IMG/VR virus record: IMGVR_UViG_3300040810_000410
Span: 1 to 63,081 of that record
Source: a virus
Taxonomy: Duplodnaviria; Caudoviricetes
Length of the DNA stretch: 63,081 nucleotides
Direction: 5' to 3' (one strand)
The notes below the pieces were generated by a model. It was not told where the DNA came from, did no database searches, and worked only from the letters and a program-made list of their open reading frames with translations. Within the stretch, counting starts at the first letter, position 1, and the number at the start of each line of letters is the position of its first letter. Made by a program: the position numbers and the translations under genes. This document shows positions 48,356-58,382 of the stretch, piece after piece.

Positions 48356-49350
48356 TCTTTTGCTCCTCCTGCTATCGAAAGCAGTCGTTGTGTTATTAAG
48401 TTATGGTTAAAGAATAGTAGAGTCTTCTCGTGTAATACATCGGTCAGGTCTACCCACTCTAACGATTCTGTCTCTTCACCATCAGGGTTCAACTCAAGTT
48501 CTTCCTCAGGGTGAATTACAAATAAATAGTTGACACCTAAGGTACGTGTACCTATGTCATCTATGTTCTCTTCAATTGCTCTAGTGATACACTTGGCTCT
48601 ACCAGTAGCAAGTAAAGAAGCTAAGTCCACATCAGATTCCTCTAACACTTCTCTCATGCAGCCATCTAATGTAGTCTCAGTATTCTGGAGGTAACCACCT
48701 AGTAAACCTAACTGACCTTTACCTCGGAAACCTTTTCGTTTACCTACGAGAAGTTTATCACCTTGTACTATCACAGCAAAGCTTACAGGTTCCATAGGAT
48801 TACCAAATGGGTGACCCTCTTCCTTCGCTTTCATACTTTCCATAGTTCCATGGTACTCGTCGATTAAACGTACGACATCATGGTGTTCCTCAAGGTACTT
48901 CTGAATACCATCAGGTAATAATGATTCCACTGTCCATAGGGAATTAGTATACCAAGCATGACGAATCTGAGTAGCAGAGATATTAACATCATCTAGTACT
49001 TTCACTGGGTAAACTAAGTGCTCACGATACCACTGCTCATCCTTAGGATTAGTATATAGTGTTACGTTAGCTGGATTCTCTTCAATGTTATTAACCAAAG
49101 CAATCACGTTGCTTTCCCATTCGTCATCTGTAGGGCAGTCTTTCATAGGCACAATAATTAAACCTTCGAACCTATCTCTGATAAACTGAATGCGTTCTTC
49201 AGCAGTGAAAGGGTTCTTGAAGTCTGGTAACTTGTTAATGCTACCTACGACTACAATAGTCTTATCATTCTCTTCTAGTGAACGCTCGATTAAACTTACG
49301 TGTCCATTGTGTAACGGCTGGAACCTACCGATAATTAAACCTACTTTCAT
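48352..49350 (-). CDS. Bifunctional NMN adenylyltransferase / Nudix hydrolase (NadM-Nudix, NatV-like)
   Basis: GRFQPLHNGH, NPFTAEER, ISATQIR; Nudix box GGYLQNTETTLDGCMREVLEES. Confidence 0.92.
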   Translation of the reverse strand: MKVGLIIGRFQPLHNGHVSLIERSLEENDKTIVVVGSINKLPDFKNPFTAEERIQFIRDRFEGLIIVPMKDCPTDDEWESNVIALVNNIEENPANVTLYTNPKDEQWYREHLVYPVKVLDDVNISATQIRHAWYTNSLWTVESLLPDGIQKYLEEHHDVVRLIDEYHGTMESMKAKEEGHPFGNPMEPVSFAVIVQGDKLLVGKRKGFRGKGQLGLLGGYLQNTETTLDGCMREVLEESDVDLASLLATGRAKCITRAIEENIDDIGTRTLGVNYLFVIHPEEELELNPDGEETESLEWVDLTDVLHEKTLLFFNHNLITQRLLSIAGGAKE

Positions 49351-49364
49351 GTGTTCTCCTCTAG

Positions 49365-49393
49365 AAACAACAAAGGGAGCACAAAGGCTCCCT
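49365..49393 (-). terminator. Terminator after SSB
   Basis: Minus strand AGGGAGC-CTTTGT-GCTCCCT-TTGTTGTTT. Confidence 0.7.
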
Positions 49394-49399
49394 ACGTTC

Positions 49400-49849
49400 T
49401 TAATAATCTATATCTTCATCTGCACCAAACTCATCTAGTTCATCCTCGAATTCCATAGAACCCTTAGATTCCAGACGTAATACCTGTACTGCGTTTAAGT
49501 CAGCAGAGATACCTTCTTGTTTCGTTGGTGACTTCCAATTACGTAACTTGTATTGTACTGACACAGTAGAACCACGACCTAACTCACCCTCTAACGGATA
49601 GTCTTCGCTCGGTACTGTACCTACAATACGTGGACGGAACTTACTCTTGAATGTTGCTTGGTATTGAGTCTTACCATCGTATTCTTTAGTCTTGACTTTA
49701 ATACCTGCGGCTTCTGCATCAGCAGCCTGCTCTTCTGTTAAACCTACTACAATTTGATACTTCTGTGAGAAATCATCGATGTTTAACACGTTGCTGAATA
49801 ATACTGATACTTTCTTTAATACTGCCATAATATACCTCTTGTTTTTCAT
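49400..49849 (-). CDS. ssDNA-binding protein (gp2.5-like)
   Basis: LGRGSTVSV, LNAVQV and an acidic C-terminal tail ending in an aromatic residue. Confidence 0.7.
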   Translation of the reverse strand: MKNKRYIMAVLKKVSVLFSNVLNIDDFSQKYQIVVGLTEEQAADAEAAGIKVKTKEYDGKTQYQATFKSKFRPRIVGTVPSEDYPLEGELGRGSTVSVQYKLRNWKSPTKQEGISADLNAVQVLRLESKGSMEFEDELDEFGADEDIDY

Positions 49850-49893
49850 TCATAATCTGACTTGTTCTCCCGTCGTTGTTGATAGTTAATTAC

Positions 49894-50142
49894 CTACTTA
49901 AATATAGGTTGTCCATTTGACATCAAGGATAGTAATTCCAATTTGTCTAAAGTTACTAACTGTTTTTTATAATGGGTAGTTAGTTCATCCCAATCGTCAA
50001 TAAGGCAGAGTTGTAAATGTTTAACCTCTTCCTTAGTTAACTTTAGTTGATACTTTGCTTCTTCTTTATAGTGAATCCAAAGTAATTGTAATGCATGGTT
50101 ACTGCTAAAAGGTTCCATAGTTAACTCCGTTTGATTACTCAA
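49894..50142 (-). CDS. Hypothetical protein
   Basis: 82 aa ORF just downstream of a promoter; start uncertain. Confidence 0.45.
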   Translation of the reverse strand: MSNQTELTMEPFSSNHALQLLWIHYKEEAKYQLKLTKEEVKHLQLCLIDDWDELTTHYKKQLVTLDKLELLSLMSNGQPIFK

Positions 50143-50150
50143 GTAAACTT

Positions 50151-50179
50151 AGAATAGCATGGAACCTTTCTGCTGTCAA
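50151..50179 (-). promoter_or_regulatory. sigma70-type promoter for the replication cluster
   Basis: TTGACA-17-TATTCT with extended -10 TG; A-tract upstream. Confidence 0.75.
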
Positions 50180-50343
50180 CCTTTTTTTCTACGCTCTAAG
50201 TCATCAAAAGCTTCCTTGAAAAGCTTCTCTTCTTCTAAGTGACGTAATCTAATCCGTTCTCTGTCCTTCTTATCACTGTACATACTATAGAAAAGGACAC
50301 CGAATGCTACGATGATTAGTAGCGGAAACAATAGTTCAATCAT
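50176..50343 (-). CDS. Small membrane-anchored protein, 55 aa (not in ORF track)
   Basis: GGAGG RBS; MIELLFPLLIIVAFGVLF followed by a charged helix. Confidence 0.6.
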   Translation of the reverse strand: MIELLFPLLIIVAFGVLFYSMYSDKKDRERIRLRHLEEEKLFKEAFDDLERRKKG

Positions 50344-51047
50344 AAGACCTCCTGATGTATCACAAAACCACTCTCGTCTTTCTTAGCATCACCCTTGGCT
50401 GTTAACCCTACGATAACCCCAGTTGGATCTAGGAATCTCAAGTCAGTCTTGTCCCCATCGATAACCTCACGTCCGTGATACGTATCCCATAATTTATCGA
50501 ACACTACCGCTACATTAAAACCTCTTGCTAACATCCTGAACATAGTTTCGGGTTTCTCGTGTTCACTACGGGAAAATGTAAGATGATAGTTAGAGGATAT
50601 TCTACGTGTCGAGGGATCCCACTTAGTATAATCATAGAACTGTATCTCAGGATACAACGTCATGTCTAAGTAGCGTTCCCACATGATATCACTAGTACCA
50701 TTGAGCCGAACTGCTGGACGCTTTCCACGGAGCCTTGCGTACCGACTAAAGTCCAATAGTTCCTTATGTAGTTGTTCTAGGAAAGACTTACGATCCTCTA
50801 CAAACCAGTCAGCTTTTTGTATACGGGCGGATTGAACGTTCGAGAACCGTCCTCTCCCTGCTGTATACAGGCATGCTGCTGCACATCCAGTGGACGCTTT
50901 AGGACAGAGGTTAACCCCTTTCGTGTTACTCTTGTGTGGAGCCATGTATAAGATTGCTGTGAGGTATTCACTGGATCGGTCTCCTTTGACTGTCTTAGCG
51001 TTTGTCCCGACTGACAAGAGCCGCTTGGGTCTGTTAATTTCATTCAT
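50340..51047 (-). CDS. Gp88-family (radical-SAM-like) protein
   Basis: CPKASTGCAAAC triad, RLNGTSD, QFYDYTK, DLRFLD. Confidence 0.7.
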   Translation of the reverse strand: MNEINRPKRLLSVGTNAKTVKGDRSSEYLTAILYMAPHKSNTKGVNLCPKASTGCAAACLYTAGRGRFSNVQSARIQKADWFVEDRKSFLEQLHKELLDFSRYARLRGKRPAVRLNGTSDIMWERYLDMTLYPEIQFYDYTKWDPSTRRISSNYHLTFSRSEHEKPETMFRMLARGFNVAVVFDKLWDTYHGREVIDGDKTDLRFLDPTGVIVGLTAKGDAKKDESGFVIHQEVL

Positions 51048-51099
51048 GCGTTCTCCTTTTGTTTAAAGTAGGACACCCGAAGGTGCCCTAGGTTTAAGC

Positions 51100-52158
51100 T
51101 TAAGATTCGTCTGTAACGAACTGGATGTACCAATCGTTTACATCGCTAATCGTGACGTACTTCTCCCACTCACCATCGTGACCACGACGAGCAAAGACTA
51201 AGTTGTCATGCTTTTCTTGGTACTCAAGGAAGTAGAACTCACCTCGGTAGCACTTATTGTTAGACTTACGTTCAAGGATGTAAGGCTTGTCACGATCTAC
51301 AGGGAAGTCCTTAGCTGTTGCTATGAACGTATGTAAACCAAACCCTTCTTTATGCCATACTCGTACATCAAAGTGATTACCAATCTGTGGTACGTACTTA
51401 GGTTCTTCAAAGGTAACAGTATTCTTCTTACCTGTTGCTACGAAACCAGCGTCCACTAGTTTCTTGTCGTTACGTTTAACTTCCTCAAGAATCTCGTAGC
51501 GACACGCTCGACCTTTCTCATTGTTGTAATCGCTAGGGATAGCTACTACATCACGAGGGTTAATCTTAAGTACTACCATACGACCACCACGACCAAAGCC
51601 CTTAGCATAGTTATGAGCAGCAAAGTGAAGACCAGCGCTACATGTACGGTCTTTATCTTCATCCACAGCATTACGTGGCATCTCAACGACAGCACCAACA
51701 GAGTTATCCATCGTTCCTGTATGGTGGTCAGTGAAGTCCTGACGTACACTCTTGTATGCTAAGAAGTGACCGTCCTCTGTGATAGGTAACTTAGAAGCCT
51801 CAAGGAAATCATACAGTTCATCAACTGCACGCTTACTTGGGTTCTCCATTAGGTTCTCAAGGAACGCTAACAACGGTTTAGCATCGAAGCCTTCTTTAGC
51901 CATCGTAATGATACGACGAGACAGAGAAGACTTCACTAGTTGACCATCATAGTAAACTTCACTATCTTTTAGTTCAGCCTTAGAGCCATCTAAAGCTTGT
52001 GTTATTACTGTCTTCAAATCAATAATACGAGTGGCTTCTTCCAATTTACCAGCTTTAGTTAACTCAACGATCTGTTGGAACGCTGGATGACTATTGTGTG
52101 CTGTATGAAACTTACCTCCTGATTGAAATGAGATAGTTGTACCTGTGTAAATAAACAT
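51100..52158 (-). CDS. rIIB: rIIB-like protein
   Basis: FLENLMENPS, ITEDGHFLAYK, TCSAGLH, VVAIPSDY..KGRACRY. Confidence 0.88.
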   Translation of the reverse strand: MFIYTGTTISFQSGGKFHTAHNSHPAFQQIVELTKAGKLEEATRIIDLKTVITQALDGSKAELKDSEVYYDGQLVKSSLSRRIITMAKEGFDAKPLLAFLENLMENPSKRAVDELYDFLEASKLPITEDGHFLAYKSVRQDFTDHHTGTMDNSVGAVVEMPRNAVDEDKDRTCSAGLHFAAHNYAKGFGRGGRMVVLKINPRDVVAIPSDYNNEKGRACRYEILEEVKRNDKKLVDAGFVATGKKNTVTFEEPKYVPQIGNHFDVRVWHKEGFGLHTFIATAKDFPVDRDKPYILERKSNNKCYRGEFYFLEYQEKHDNLVFARRGHDGEWEKYVTISDVNDWYIQFVTDES

Positions 52159-52167
52159 ATAGTTCTC

Positions 52168-54225
52168 CTAATGATTTTCTGTGATTAATTTAACAAATGT
52201 GTCTATGTTCTCTTGGTTACTTTGTTTATTCCAAGAGGACGTAATCTGACGTACTAGCCTATGTATCGGCTCGTATTTTTCCTTCAGCTTCTTAACCTTC
52301 GGGTTCAACGTTGGTGTATACTCAAGAGCTTTCTTCATGATGATCCTGTGTAACCTATCGGTGTCCAAATCATCATGGAGCGTAGTCTGCTTAAGAATGT
52401 AAGAAGCATAACGAACGTACGCAGCGATACTCTTGTCCCGTAGAACAGGGAGAATCGAGCGTTCTAACTTGTTGACTCGGTGCATACTAGAGAGTAACTG
52501 TCTACGATTCCTCTGTTCCTTATGTATTTTTATGATGTCTGGTATGAAGGATTTCAAGACATCATCTGTAAGTATCTCCATGCCTTTACCCAACTTAGCG
52601 ATAGTCTTAGCACGAATAAAGTACAGAGGTTTATCGAGGAAGTGCATTAAGCCTGATCTAAGCAGTACTCTTATTTGTAGGTCAGTCTTTATCTGCGCAC
52701 CATGTATCTCTAAGTAATAACCGTCCGTAGGGATATCAGTCTGCTCCTCCATGTGATAACGGAGAGTACCCTCCTCAGGTATATTGTTGCTATCTTTAAC
52801 ACGAAACACCTGATTAGGTTCAGACCTATTTTTATCTTTAGGAGTCGGAGGTGCTTTAGGTTTAGGCACAGGTTTACCCAAGATACTAGAAAGTAGGGCT
52901 GGTTTTACATTGAGTTCTTCTTCGCAGTCCTTAATAGCCTGTGACACCCTATCATCATAAGTTGCTTTAGGTGCCGGTGGGACATGAACAATTACCACCT
53001 TACTTAGATCGTGTGCTGAGTGATTCTCGTTAATAAATTGAGAGAAACCTATGCCTAAATCCATCACGTAGAACTTAAGAGTACCATCAATGACACCACG
53101 CATCTGCGCTCCAGTTGATCTATAGACATTAGCGTAACGTCTCTGGACAGTCCTTAAAGGTAATCCAGCTACGCTTCTGATGTAACCATTGCGCCATACA
53201 TTCCAAGGAACTTTTTCCTTATTCCACGTAAGCACTGTGTAATCATTAATCAAGCTACCATTGGCATCATAAATAACCTTACGTGCCTCGAAGCTTGTAG
53301 TACACTTGTCTAATTGATTCTGCAAACCTTGTACGTATTCCCTACGTATGCGGTGTAGCACTTCAGTGATGTACTTCTTAGTTCTCGGAGTCATCTCCAA
53401 GTGTTCCCTTGATGGAGGGATATCTACACTCCCAATCGGTACTTTAATGGTTAATCCTTTGTTGAATATAGAACGTAAAGAATAATCAAACTCACCTGAG
53501 TCTAACTTGTACGCCACGTTGCCCATCACAACGAAATTCTTGGATCTCCAATCGTCGTTAGTAGTGTAGAAGTAATCCTGTGTCTCCCAACCATCAGGTA
53601 GTTTCTTGAAGGTAACAGTACCCTCACCACCAGTGATCTTAGGTTTCACAGGGAAGTAGCGCAACTGAATTGGAACCTGTTTAGTGAACTCTGGTACATC
53701 ACCCTCGTCAAACGAGAAGGATACACGTAAGCCACTAGACTCCTTTGATTCCTCTTCAGCTACTTTAGTAACCTGCGGTTCCCCTTTGTCCTTGAAACAC
53801 AACCACGTGGTCTTAATCCCTCCGTGGAAATTCTCGACCATGAAGGTATCAGTCATTGTGAATGGGGTCTTACTGCCCAAACCAAAGCCACCTATGAGGT
53901 CATTAGTTTCTTCCTTGGTACTCGCACCAACATTCGTGTAGATGTGCTCAAACTTATCGTGGGGAATCCCTGTCCCGTAGTCACGAATAGCAAAAGTCTT
54001 GTCTAACCACGAAGGCAGATGTAAGTCAAAGGGCGTGTCAGCCTTCCCTGCTTCTACGTGAGCATCCCATGCATTCGCAGATAGCTCCCTGATGACAGCC
54101 GCTGGTTTATTTGTGTACATCTTACTGATCAAGATATCGTACATCTTAGCATTCATTTCGAATCCAAAGGCGTTCGCTTCTACTCCCTGTACTTGAGCAG
54201 ATTGATGTATATTCTGTATTTCCAT
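52168..54225 (-). CDS. rIIA: rIIA-like protein (GHKL ATPase N-terminus)
   Basis: IRELSANAWDAH, IRDYGTG, GGFGLGSKTPF, PPSREHL; adjacent to rIIB. Confidence 0.88.
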   Translation of the reverse strand: MEIQNIHQSAQVQGVEANAFGFEMNAKMYDILISKMYTNKPAAVIRELSANAWDAHVEAGKADTPFDLHLPSWLDKTFAIRDYGTGIPHDKFEHIYTNVGASTKEETNDLIGGFGLGSKTPFTMTDTFMVENFHGGIKTTWLCFKDKGEPQVTKVAEEESKESSGLRVSFSFDEGDVPEFTKQVPIQLRYFPVKPKITGGEGTVTFKKLPDGWETQDYFYTTNDDWRSKNFVVMGNVAYKLDSGEFDYSLRSIFNKGLTIKVPIGSVDIPPSREHLEMTPRTKKYITEVLHRIRREYVQGLQNQLDKCTTSFEARKVIYDANGSLINDYTVLTWNKEKVPWNVWRNGYIRSVAGLPLRTVQRRYANVYRSTGAQMRGVIDGTLKFYVMDLGIGFSQFINENHSAHDLSKVVIVHVPPAPKATYDDRVSQAIKDCEEELNVKPALLSSILGKPVPKPKAPPTPKDKNRSEPNQVFRVKDSNNIPEEGTLRYHMEEQTDIPTDGYYLEIHGAQIKTDLQIRVLLRSGLMHFLDKPLYFIRAKTIAKLGKGMEILTDDVLKSFIPDIIKIHKEQRNRRQLLSSMHRVNKLERSILPVLRDKSIAAYVRYASYILKQTTLHDDLDTDRLHRIIMKKALEYTPTLNPKVKKLKEKYEPIHRLVRQITSSWNKQSNQENIDTFVKLITENH

Positions 54226-54240
54226 TTGTTATCCTCTTGT

Positions 54241-54501
54241 TTACCAGTTGTCCGCAGTTATCTCCTCACTAGAGTCAACTACAGTTGAAATTGTTAAGAT
54301 CTCTACCTTACGTACATTAGTATTTCGGGCAGCCATACTCGCAGCATATTCCTTAGTGTTACGCTGGCAGATACTAAGGGTCTTGTAACCATTAGAACCT
54401 GCTCGTGATGAACGTTCTACTAAAAATGTTACTTCCTCACCGCTAACAGGGCATTCACACGTAATTCTACCTACGTAGCCATCTTTGCTAAGTACTTCCA
54501 T
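54241..54501 (-). CDS. Hypothetical protein
   Basis: 86 aa, GAGGA RBS. Confidence 0.65.
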   Translation of the reverse strand: MEVLSKDGYVGRITCECPVSGEEVTFLVERSSRAGSNGYKTLSICQRNTKEYAASMAARNTNVRKVEILTISTVVDSSEEITADNW

Positions 54502-55010
54502 AATTTCCTCGCTTTACTTACGAACCCACCTGAATACTTACGGATCTTCTCCATGTGAAGGTACCAATCCACAGTATTCCAGTCGCTCTTCATTTGATTA
54601 CACTTACGACAACATGGTTCTACATTGTCTGCTTGATATGGTTTTGCTGAGTCGATTCTGTCGAGTCCTATGGTTTCAATAGTGTCACCACAATGTACGC
54701 AAGGCTTCTGCCAGTGCTTCATGAACTCATCTCTCGTCAATTTAAACTCGTAGCCACGCTCACTAGCACTTCTCTTGTACTTAGCGTAACGTGCTTCTGG
54801 TTTCCTAGCATACTTACGTTGAGCTGCAAGGTATGAATCACCATGAGTTTTCCTGTGTTCCCTTTGACACCCACGACAACGAGAGCGTTTACCATCTTTC
54901 TTTGACTTATCGTTGGTGAAATGGGAACGGAGTAACACTTGATTACATGCGGAACAACACTTGTGTGTCTTGGGATCATGAGGTATCTCCACATTTGACT
55001 TAGGCATCAC
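54471..55010 (-). CDS. HNH endonuclease
   Basis: Zinc finger; PCVHCG..IGLDRIDS...NVEPCCRKCNQMK. Confidence 0.85.
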   Translation of the reverse strand: MMPKSNVEIPHDPKTHKCCSACNQVLLRSHFTNDKSKKDGKRSRCRGCQREHRKTHGDSYLAAQRKYARKPEARYAKYKRSASERGYEFKLTRDEFMKHWQKPCVHCGDTIETIGLDRIDSAKPYQADNVEPCCRKCNQMKSDWNTVDWYLHMEKIRKYSGGFVSKARKLWKYLAKMAT

Positions 55011-55296
55011 AGTCTCCCATGATTATCGCAGCATCCCTGTAGATACTTACACCATTGTCAAATATCACACGATCCGCAGTTATCTTATCGACTCCCCATT
55101 CCAAGTCAGGTCTACTCTTTGGAAAACCTATGCAAGTCTCAGGGTAATAACTAGGTTGTGCTAGTTCTACCTTTGGAGTAAACACAAGACTGTGCGCTGA
55201 GTTACCTATGAACACAGCCAACGCTATAATAAAGAGGAAACCTAGTACTTGGTTCTTATATAGTCTATCCATAGACCACCACCTTAACGTTGACAT
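55000..55296 (-). CDS. Membrane-anchored hypothetical protein
   Basis: One TM helix; probable start MDRLY. Confidence 0.6.
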   Translation of the reverse strand: MSTLRWWSMDRLYKNQVLGFLFIIALAVFIGNSAHSLVFTPKVELAQPSYYPETCIGFPKSRPDLEWGVDKITADRVIFDNGVSIYRDAAIIMGDCDA

Positions 55297-55741
55297 CAGG
55301 AAGGTGCTTAACCATCTGTGTCATTACGTAACCCCAATCACCACCACCGATACCACAGCCAATCATTGGAAACCAAATAGTTTCACCAACGTACTGTTCG
55401 TTAATCAACTTCAGTGCCGCAGGGAATATGCTTGGTATAAAGTCAGCACCTGTTTGATACTGAGTATAAATGTTTAAGCATTCAAATGAATCGATAGGTT
55501 TCAATGCACCATTAATGCGAGCCTGAGTTACCTGTGCTGTACTAAAGTCACCTAGCTTCTTCACTGCACCCTTTGGTGACCAGCGTTGGTCTGCTAGTGG
55601 AATCTGAGGAAACTTACTAGCTAACGCACCAGCTATCCCTGAACCCATAGTATGGAAACAGTTACAACCATGAGCTATTATCTTAGCTTCACCGCTTAAT
55701 GCTAAGGCAATCAAGTCACCTTTAATTATTTCAAAAGACAT
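55265..55741 (-). CDS. Macrodomain (ADP-ribose-binding / hydrolase) protein
   Basis: KGDLI, HGCNCFHTMGSGIA, FPMIGCGIGGGDW. Confidence 0.88.
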   Translation of the reverse strand: MSFEIIKGDLIALALSGEAKIIAHGCNCFHTMGSGIAGALASKFPQIPLADQRWSPKGAVKKLGDFSTAQVTQARINGALKPIDSFECLNIYTQYQTGADFIPSIFPAALKLINEQYVGETIWFPMIGCGIGGGDWGYVMTQMVKHLPDVNVKVVVYG

Positions 55742-55811
55742 AATGTTCTCCTATTGTTTTTCCGCTTGTAATATTAGGATAGGACACCACACGGATGCCC
55801 TAGGTCTAATG

Positions 55812-56210
55812 CTACAATGAAGCGATACGAGCCTTAATCTCTGCTTCAGACAAAGCTAATCGACCTTCTTTCTGCTTAGTCGCTAGTAACTCTAGAAGCT
55901 CAGCTTTCTCAGCAGCTTTAGCAGCAGCCTCAAGTTTAAGAGAGTTCTCCGCTTGTTTAGCCGCAATGATGTACTTAAGAATTTCTAAGCGAGTTTCTGC
56001 TGCTGTATTCTTACGTACTGTAGTCTCAACGAATGATACTGTTGGTGTAGCTTCGTTATCGTTGAAAGCAGCCACAGCTAACTCATCTAGGTTTACCTTA
56101 CCTGTCTTAGAGGTCAATGGTAAATCCCATAGTTGTTCCACTGTTAACTGACCCTTTGATGAAGGGAATCGTAGCTTCTCTCGTGAAGCCTTAATGAATA
56201 ATTGTTCCAT
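55812..56210 (-). CDS. Conserved phage protein of unknown function
   Basis: ASREKLRFPSSKGQLTVEQLWDLPL; C-terminal coiled coil. Confidence 0.75.
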   Translation of the reverse strand: MEQLFIKASREKLRFPSSKGQLTVEQLWDLPLTSKTGKVNLDELAVAAFNDNEATPTVSFVETTVRKNTAAETRLEILKYIIAAKQAENSLKLEAAAKAAEKAELLELLATKQKEGRLALSEAEIKARIASL

Positions 56211-56219
56211 GTTGTTCTC

Positions 56220-56336
56220 CTATAAAATAAAGAATCCAAAGATACCCATAGTAATACCTAAGGCTGTCCAACCAAGTACCCAGCTGGCTGAAACTGAGGG
56301 ATACTGAGGAATCTCAGCACCCTTGAAAGGTTTCAT
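56220..56336 (-). CDS. Small membrane peptide, 38 aa
   Basis: MKPFKG...WVLGWTALGITMGIFGFFIL*; fills the gap between two genes. Confidence 0.4.
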   Translation of the reverse strand: MKPFKGAEIPQYPSVSASWVLGWTALGITMGIFGFFIL

Positions 56337-56347
56337 CTGGCGACCCA

Positions 56348-58372
56348 CTAGAAGCTCACCTGATATAAGCGACCATCAACCTTAAGGTACACATTGTTTC
56401 TCACTGTTTCAGAGAAGCCAATACCATTAAGCTGTCCTTCAATAGGCTGAGCTTTCATACGATTACCTAAGACCTCAAATACCTTACGGTTCTCGTGTAA
56501 CTCTGCTGAAAGGAATTCATTGTAGAATCCACGTACTGCATCAGGATTAACAAAGTTATCCAAGATAAAGAATGTATGCTTGTTACCTGTGCTGTTACCA
56601 TCCCAATGGTTAGGACTATGCATTACAGTCTGAACACGATGGAACTTCTGAGTAGATAGACCCCATGTATTACGAGAGCTATCAGTACGATCCATGCTGT
56701 CAGCAGAGAATTCCACTTGGTTGTTACGGTCAACCTTGAAGCGGCATATTTGCTTAGTTCTAGCATTACCTAAGGCACCACGATGGAAGAACGAGAAGAT
56801 CTTACCGTCGATCTCAATCTCCACAGTGAAGCCTTCAGTTGATTGACCACGTCTGCTGTATTGGTTAACCTTAACAGTAATCCATTGGTTCCTAGGGATA
56901 TCTCTGTCTTCATGGTAACAAATGTTCTCCACTGGATCCTTATCGTTCATACGCTCACTGTTCATGTCAACATCAAGCATAGGTAAACCACGCTTACTTC
57001 TACGGCTACCAAAGAAGATATGACCATTCTGAGGACAGTTAATATGAAGATCTAAGTCGTCACTGTTATCCCAAGCAAGAGAGATACGCATAGCACCATC
57101 GATCTTACCACCAGCTTTCTTAACTTTCTCTGCGATACCATCGGTTACATCACCTTTGTATGTCCAGCTAAAGTTATTATCCCACTTGAAAATACTAGGT
57201 GCATCAGCATCCACTGGTGCTACTAAAGTCATAGCGTTAGTATCAGCTAAGCGGTTCTCAAGTAGAAGTTCCACTGCCTTAGCACTAGGTAATACCTTAG
57301 TCATGAAGTCATTGATACCGATAGCTGTAGCCTTAGTCAAGTCAACGTTGGTATCCTTAGCGGCATCCTTAAGATCACCAAAGATACCACCCATTGCAGC
57401 CTCTGCACCAGCATCAGCCCACAGTACGTTGTTCACTGTGATATCTGTGATTAACGCTGGACGTCTAGGAAGAGACTCTTCGATACCAAGTTCCTTCACC
57501 TTATTCTCAGCAGCCTCAATCATACCTTTGGTAATTACCTTGCTACTACGCTTGTAGTTATGTGGTGCTACCTTAGCTTCGAATGAGTTGACTGCTTGCT
57601 CTAAGTCCATGCCTGAACTAATGTCCTTAACTAGAGTACCAATCACAGTACTACGTAGGGTCGCCAGAGAGCCAAGCTGACGAGACTTAGTCCATAACCA
57701 AAGTGATGCATCATCCATTGAATTATACTCTGTTAGAACGTCTCTCATTAGCTCTAAGGTAGACTTGTGTTCTGTTCCACGATACAGATTGTTATCATTA
57801 ACTAAGTCAAGCACAGTATTCACTGCATCTAATGTTAGTTGTTCACAAGATAACTTCAGGGATGCATAGTGATTTCCTGCTCTACCAACGATATGTCGTC
57901 TACGGTCACCATTAGTTTCCACATGTAACGCTGGGTTCAGTTCAAGGTAGAAGTGTTCCCAAACATGGGTATTACCATCATCCATTATCTCAACATTTGA
58001 ATCCGTACCTACCTTCTCCGTGTCTGACAGGAAGATACTACGGATACCAGCATTTTTAACTAAAGCACTCATGGTAGCCGCTAGATCATCATAGTAAGTA
58101 CCTGTGTTGATCTCATCCCAAATAGATACCAATTGACCATCCTTGATAGCTACGATGTTACCTACCTTACGAATGAAAGCCTTACAACATTGACAGTCAT
58201 GCTCCCCTCGTTCTCTATAGATTTCATTGTGACCTAAAGCAGTAAGCTTCATAATGTAGACGTCCCATAGTTCATCCTTCGTTGCATTACTAGCAAACAA
58301 AGGTAACGTCTTGATAGCTTCATAAGCTTGCTGTACTGCTGCTTTTAATACTGTGAATTGTACTGTGCTCAT
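56348..58372 (-). CDS. Large conserved phage protein of unknown function
   Basis: 674 aa; HDCQCCKAF, LYRGTEH, ISLAWDNSDDLDLH...LDVD...PVENI (YfaP-like segment), SPNHW...GNKH. Confidence 0.8.
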   Translation of the reverse strand: MSTVQFTVLKAAVQQAYEAIKTLPLFASNATKDELWDVYIMKLTALGHNEIYRERGEHDCQCCKAFIRKVGNIVAIKDGQLVSIWDEINTGTYYDDLAATMSALVKNAGIRSIFLSDTEKVGTDSNVEIMDDGNTHVWEHFYLELNPALHVETNGDRRRHIVGRAGNHYASLKLSCEQLTLDAVNTVLDLVNDNNLYRGTEHKSTLELMRDVLTEYNSMDDASLWLWTKSRQLGSLATLRSTVIGTLVKDISSGMDLEQAVNSFEAKVAPHNYKRSSKVITKGMIEAAENKVKELGIEESLPRRPALITDITVNNVLWADAGAEAAMGGIFGDLKDAAKDTNVDLTKATAIGINDFMTKVLPSAKAVELLLENRLADTNAMTLVAPVDADAPSIFKWDNNFSWTYKGDVTDGIAEKVKKAGGKIDGAMRISLAWDNSDDLDLHINCPQNGHIFFGSRRSKRGLPMLDVDMNSERMNDKDPVENICYHEDRDIPRNQWITVKVNQYSRRGQSTEGFTVEIEIDGKIFSFFHRGALGNARTKQICRFKVDRNNQVEFSADSMDRTDSSRNTWGLSTQKFHRVQTVMHSPNHWDGNSTGNKHTFFILDNFVNPDAVRGFYNEFLSAELHENRKVFEVLGNRMKAQPIEGQLNGIGFSETVRNNVYLKVDGRLYQVSF

Positions 58373-58382
58373 TGGTTTCCCC

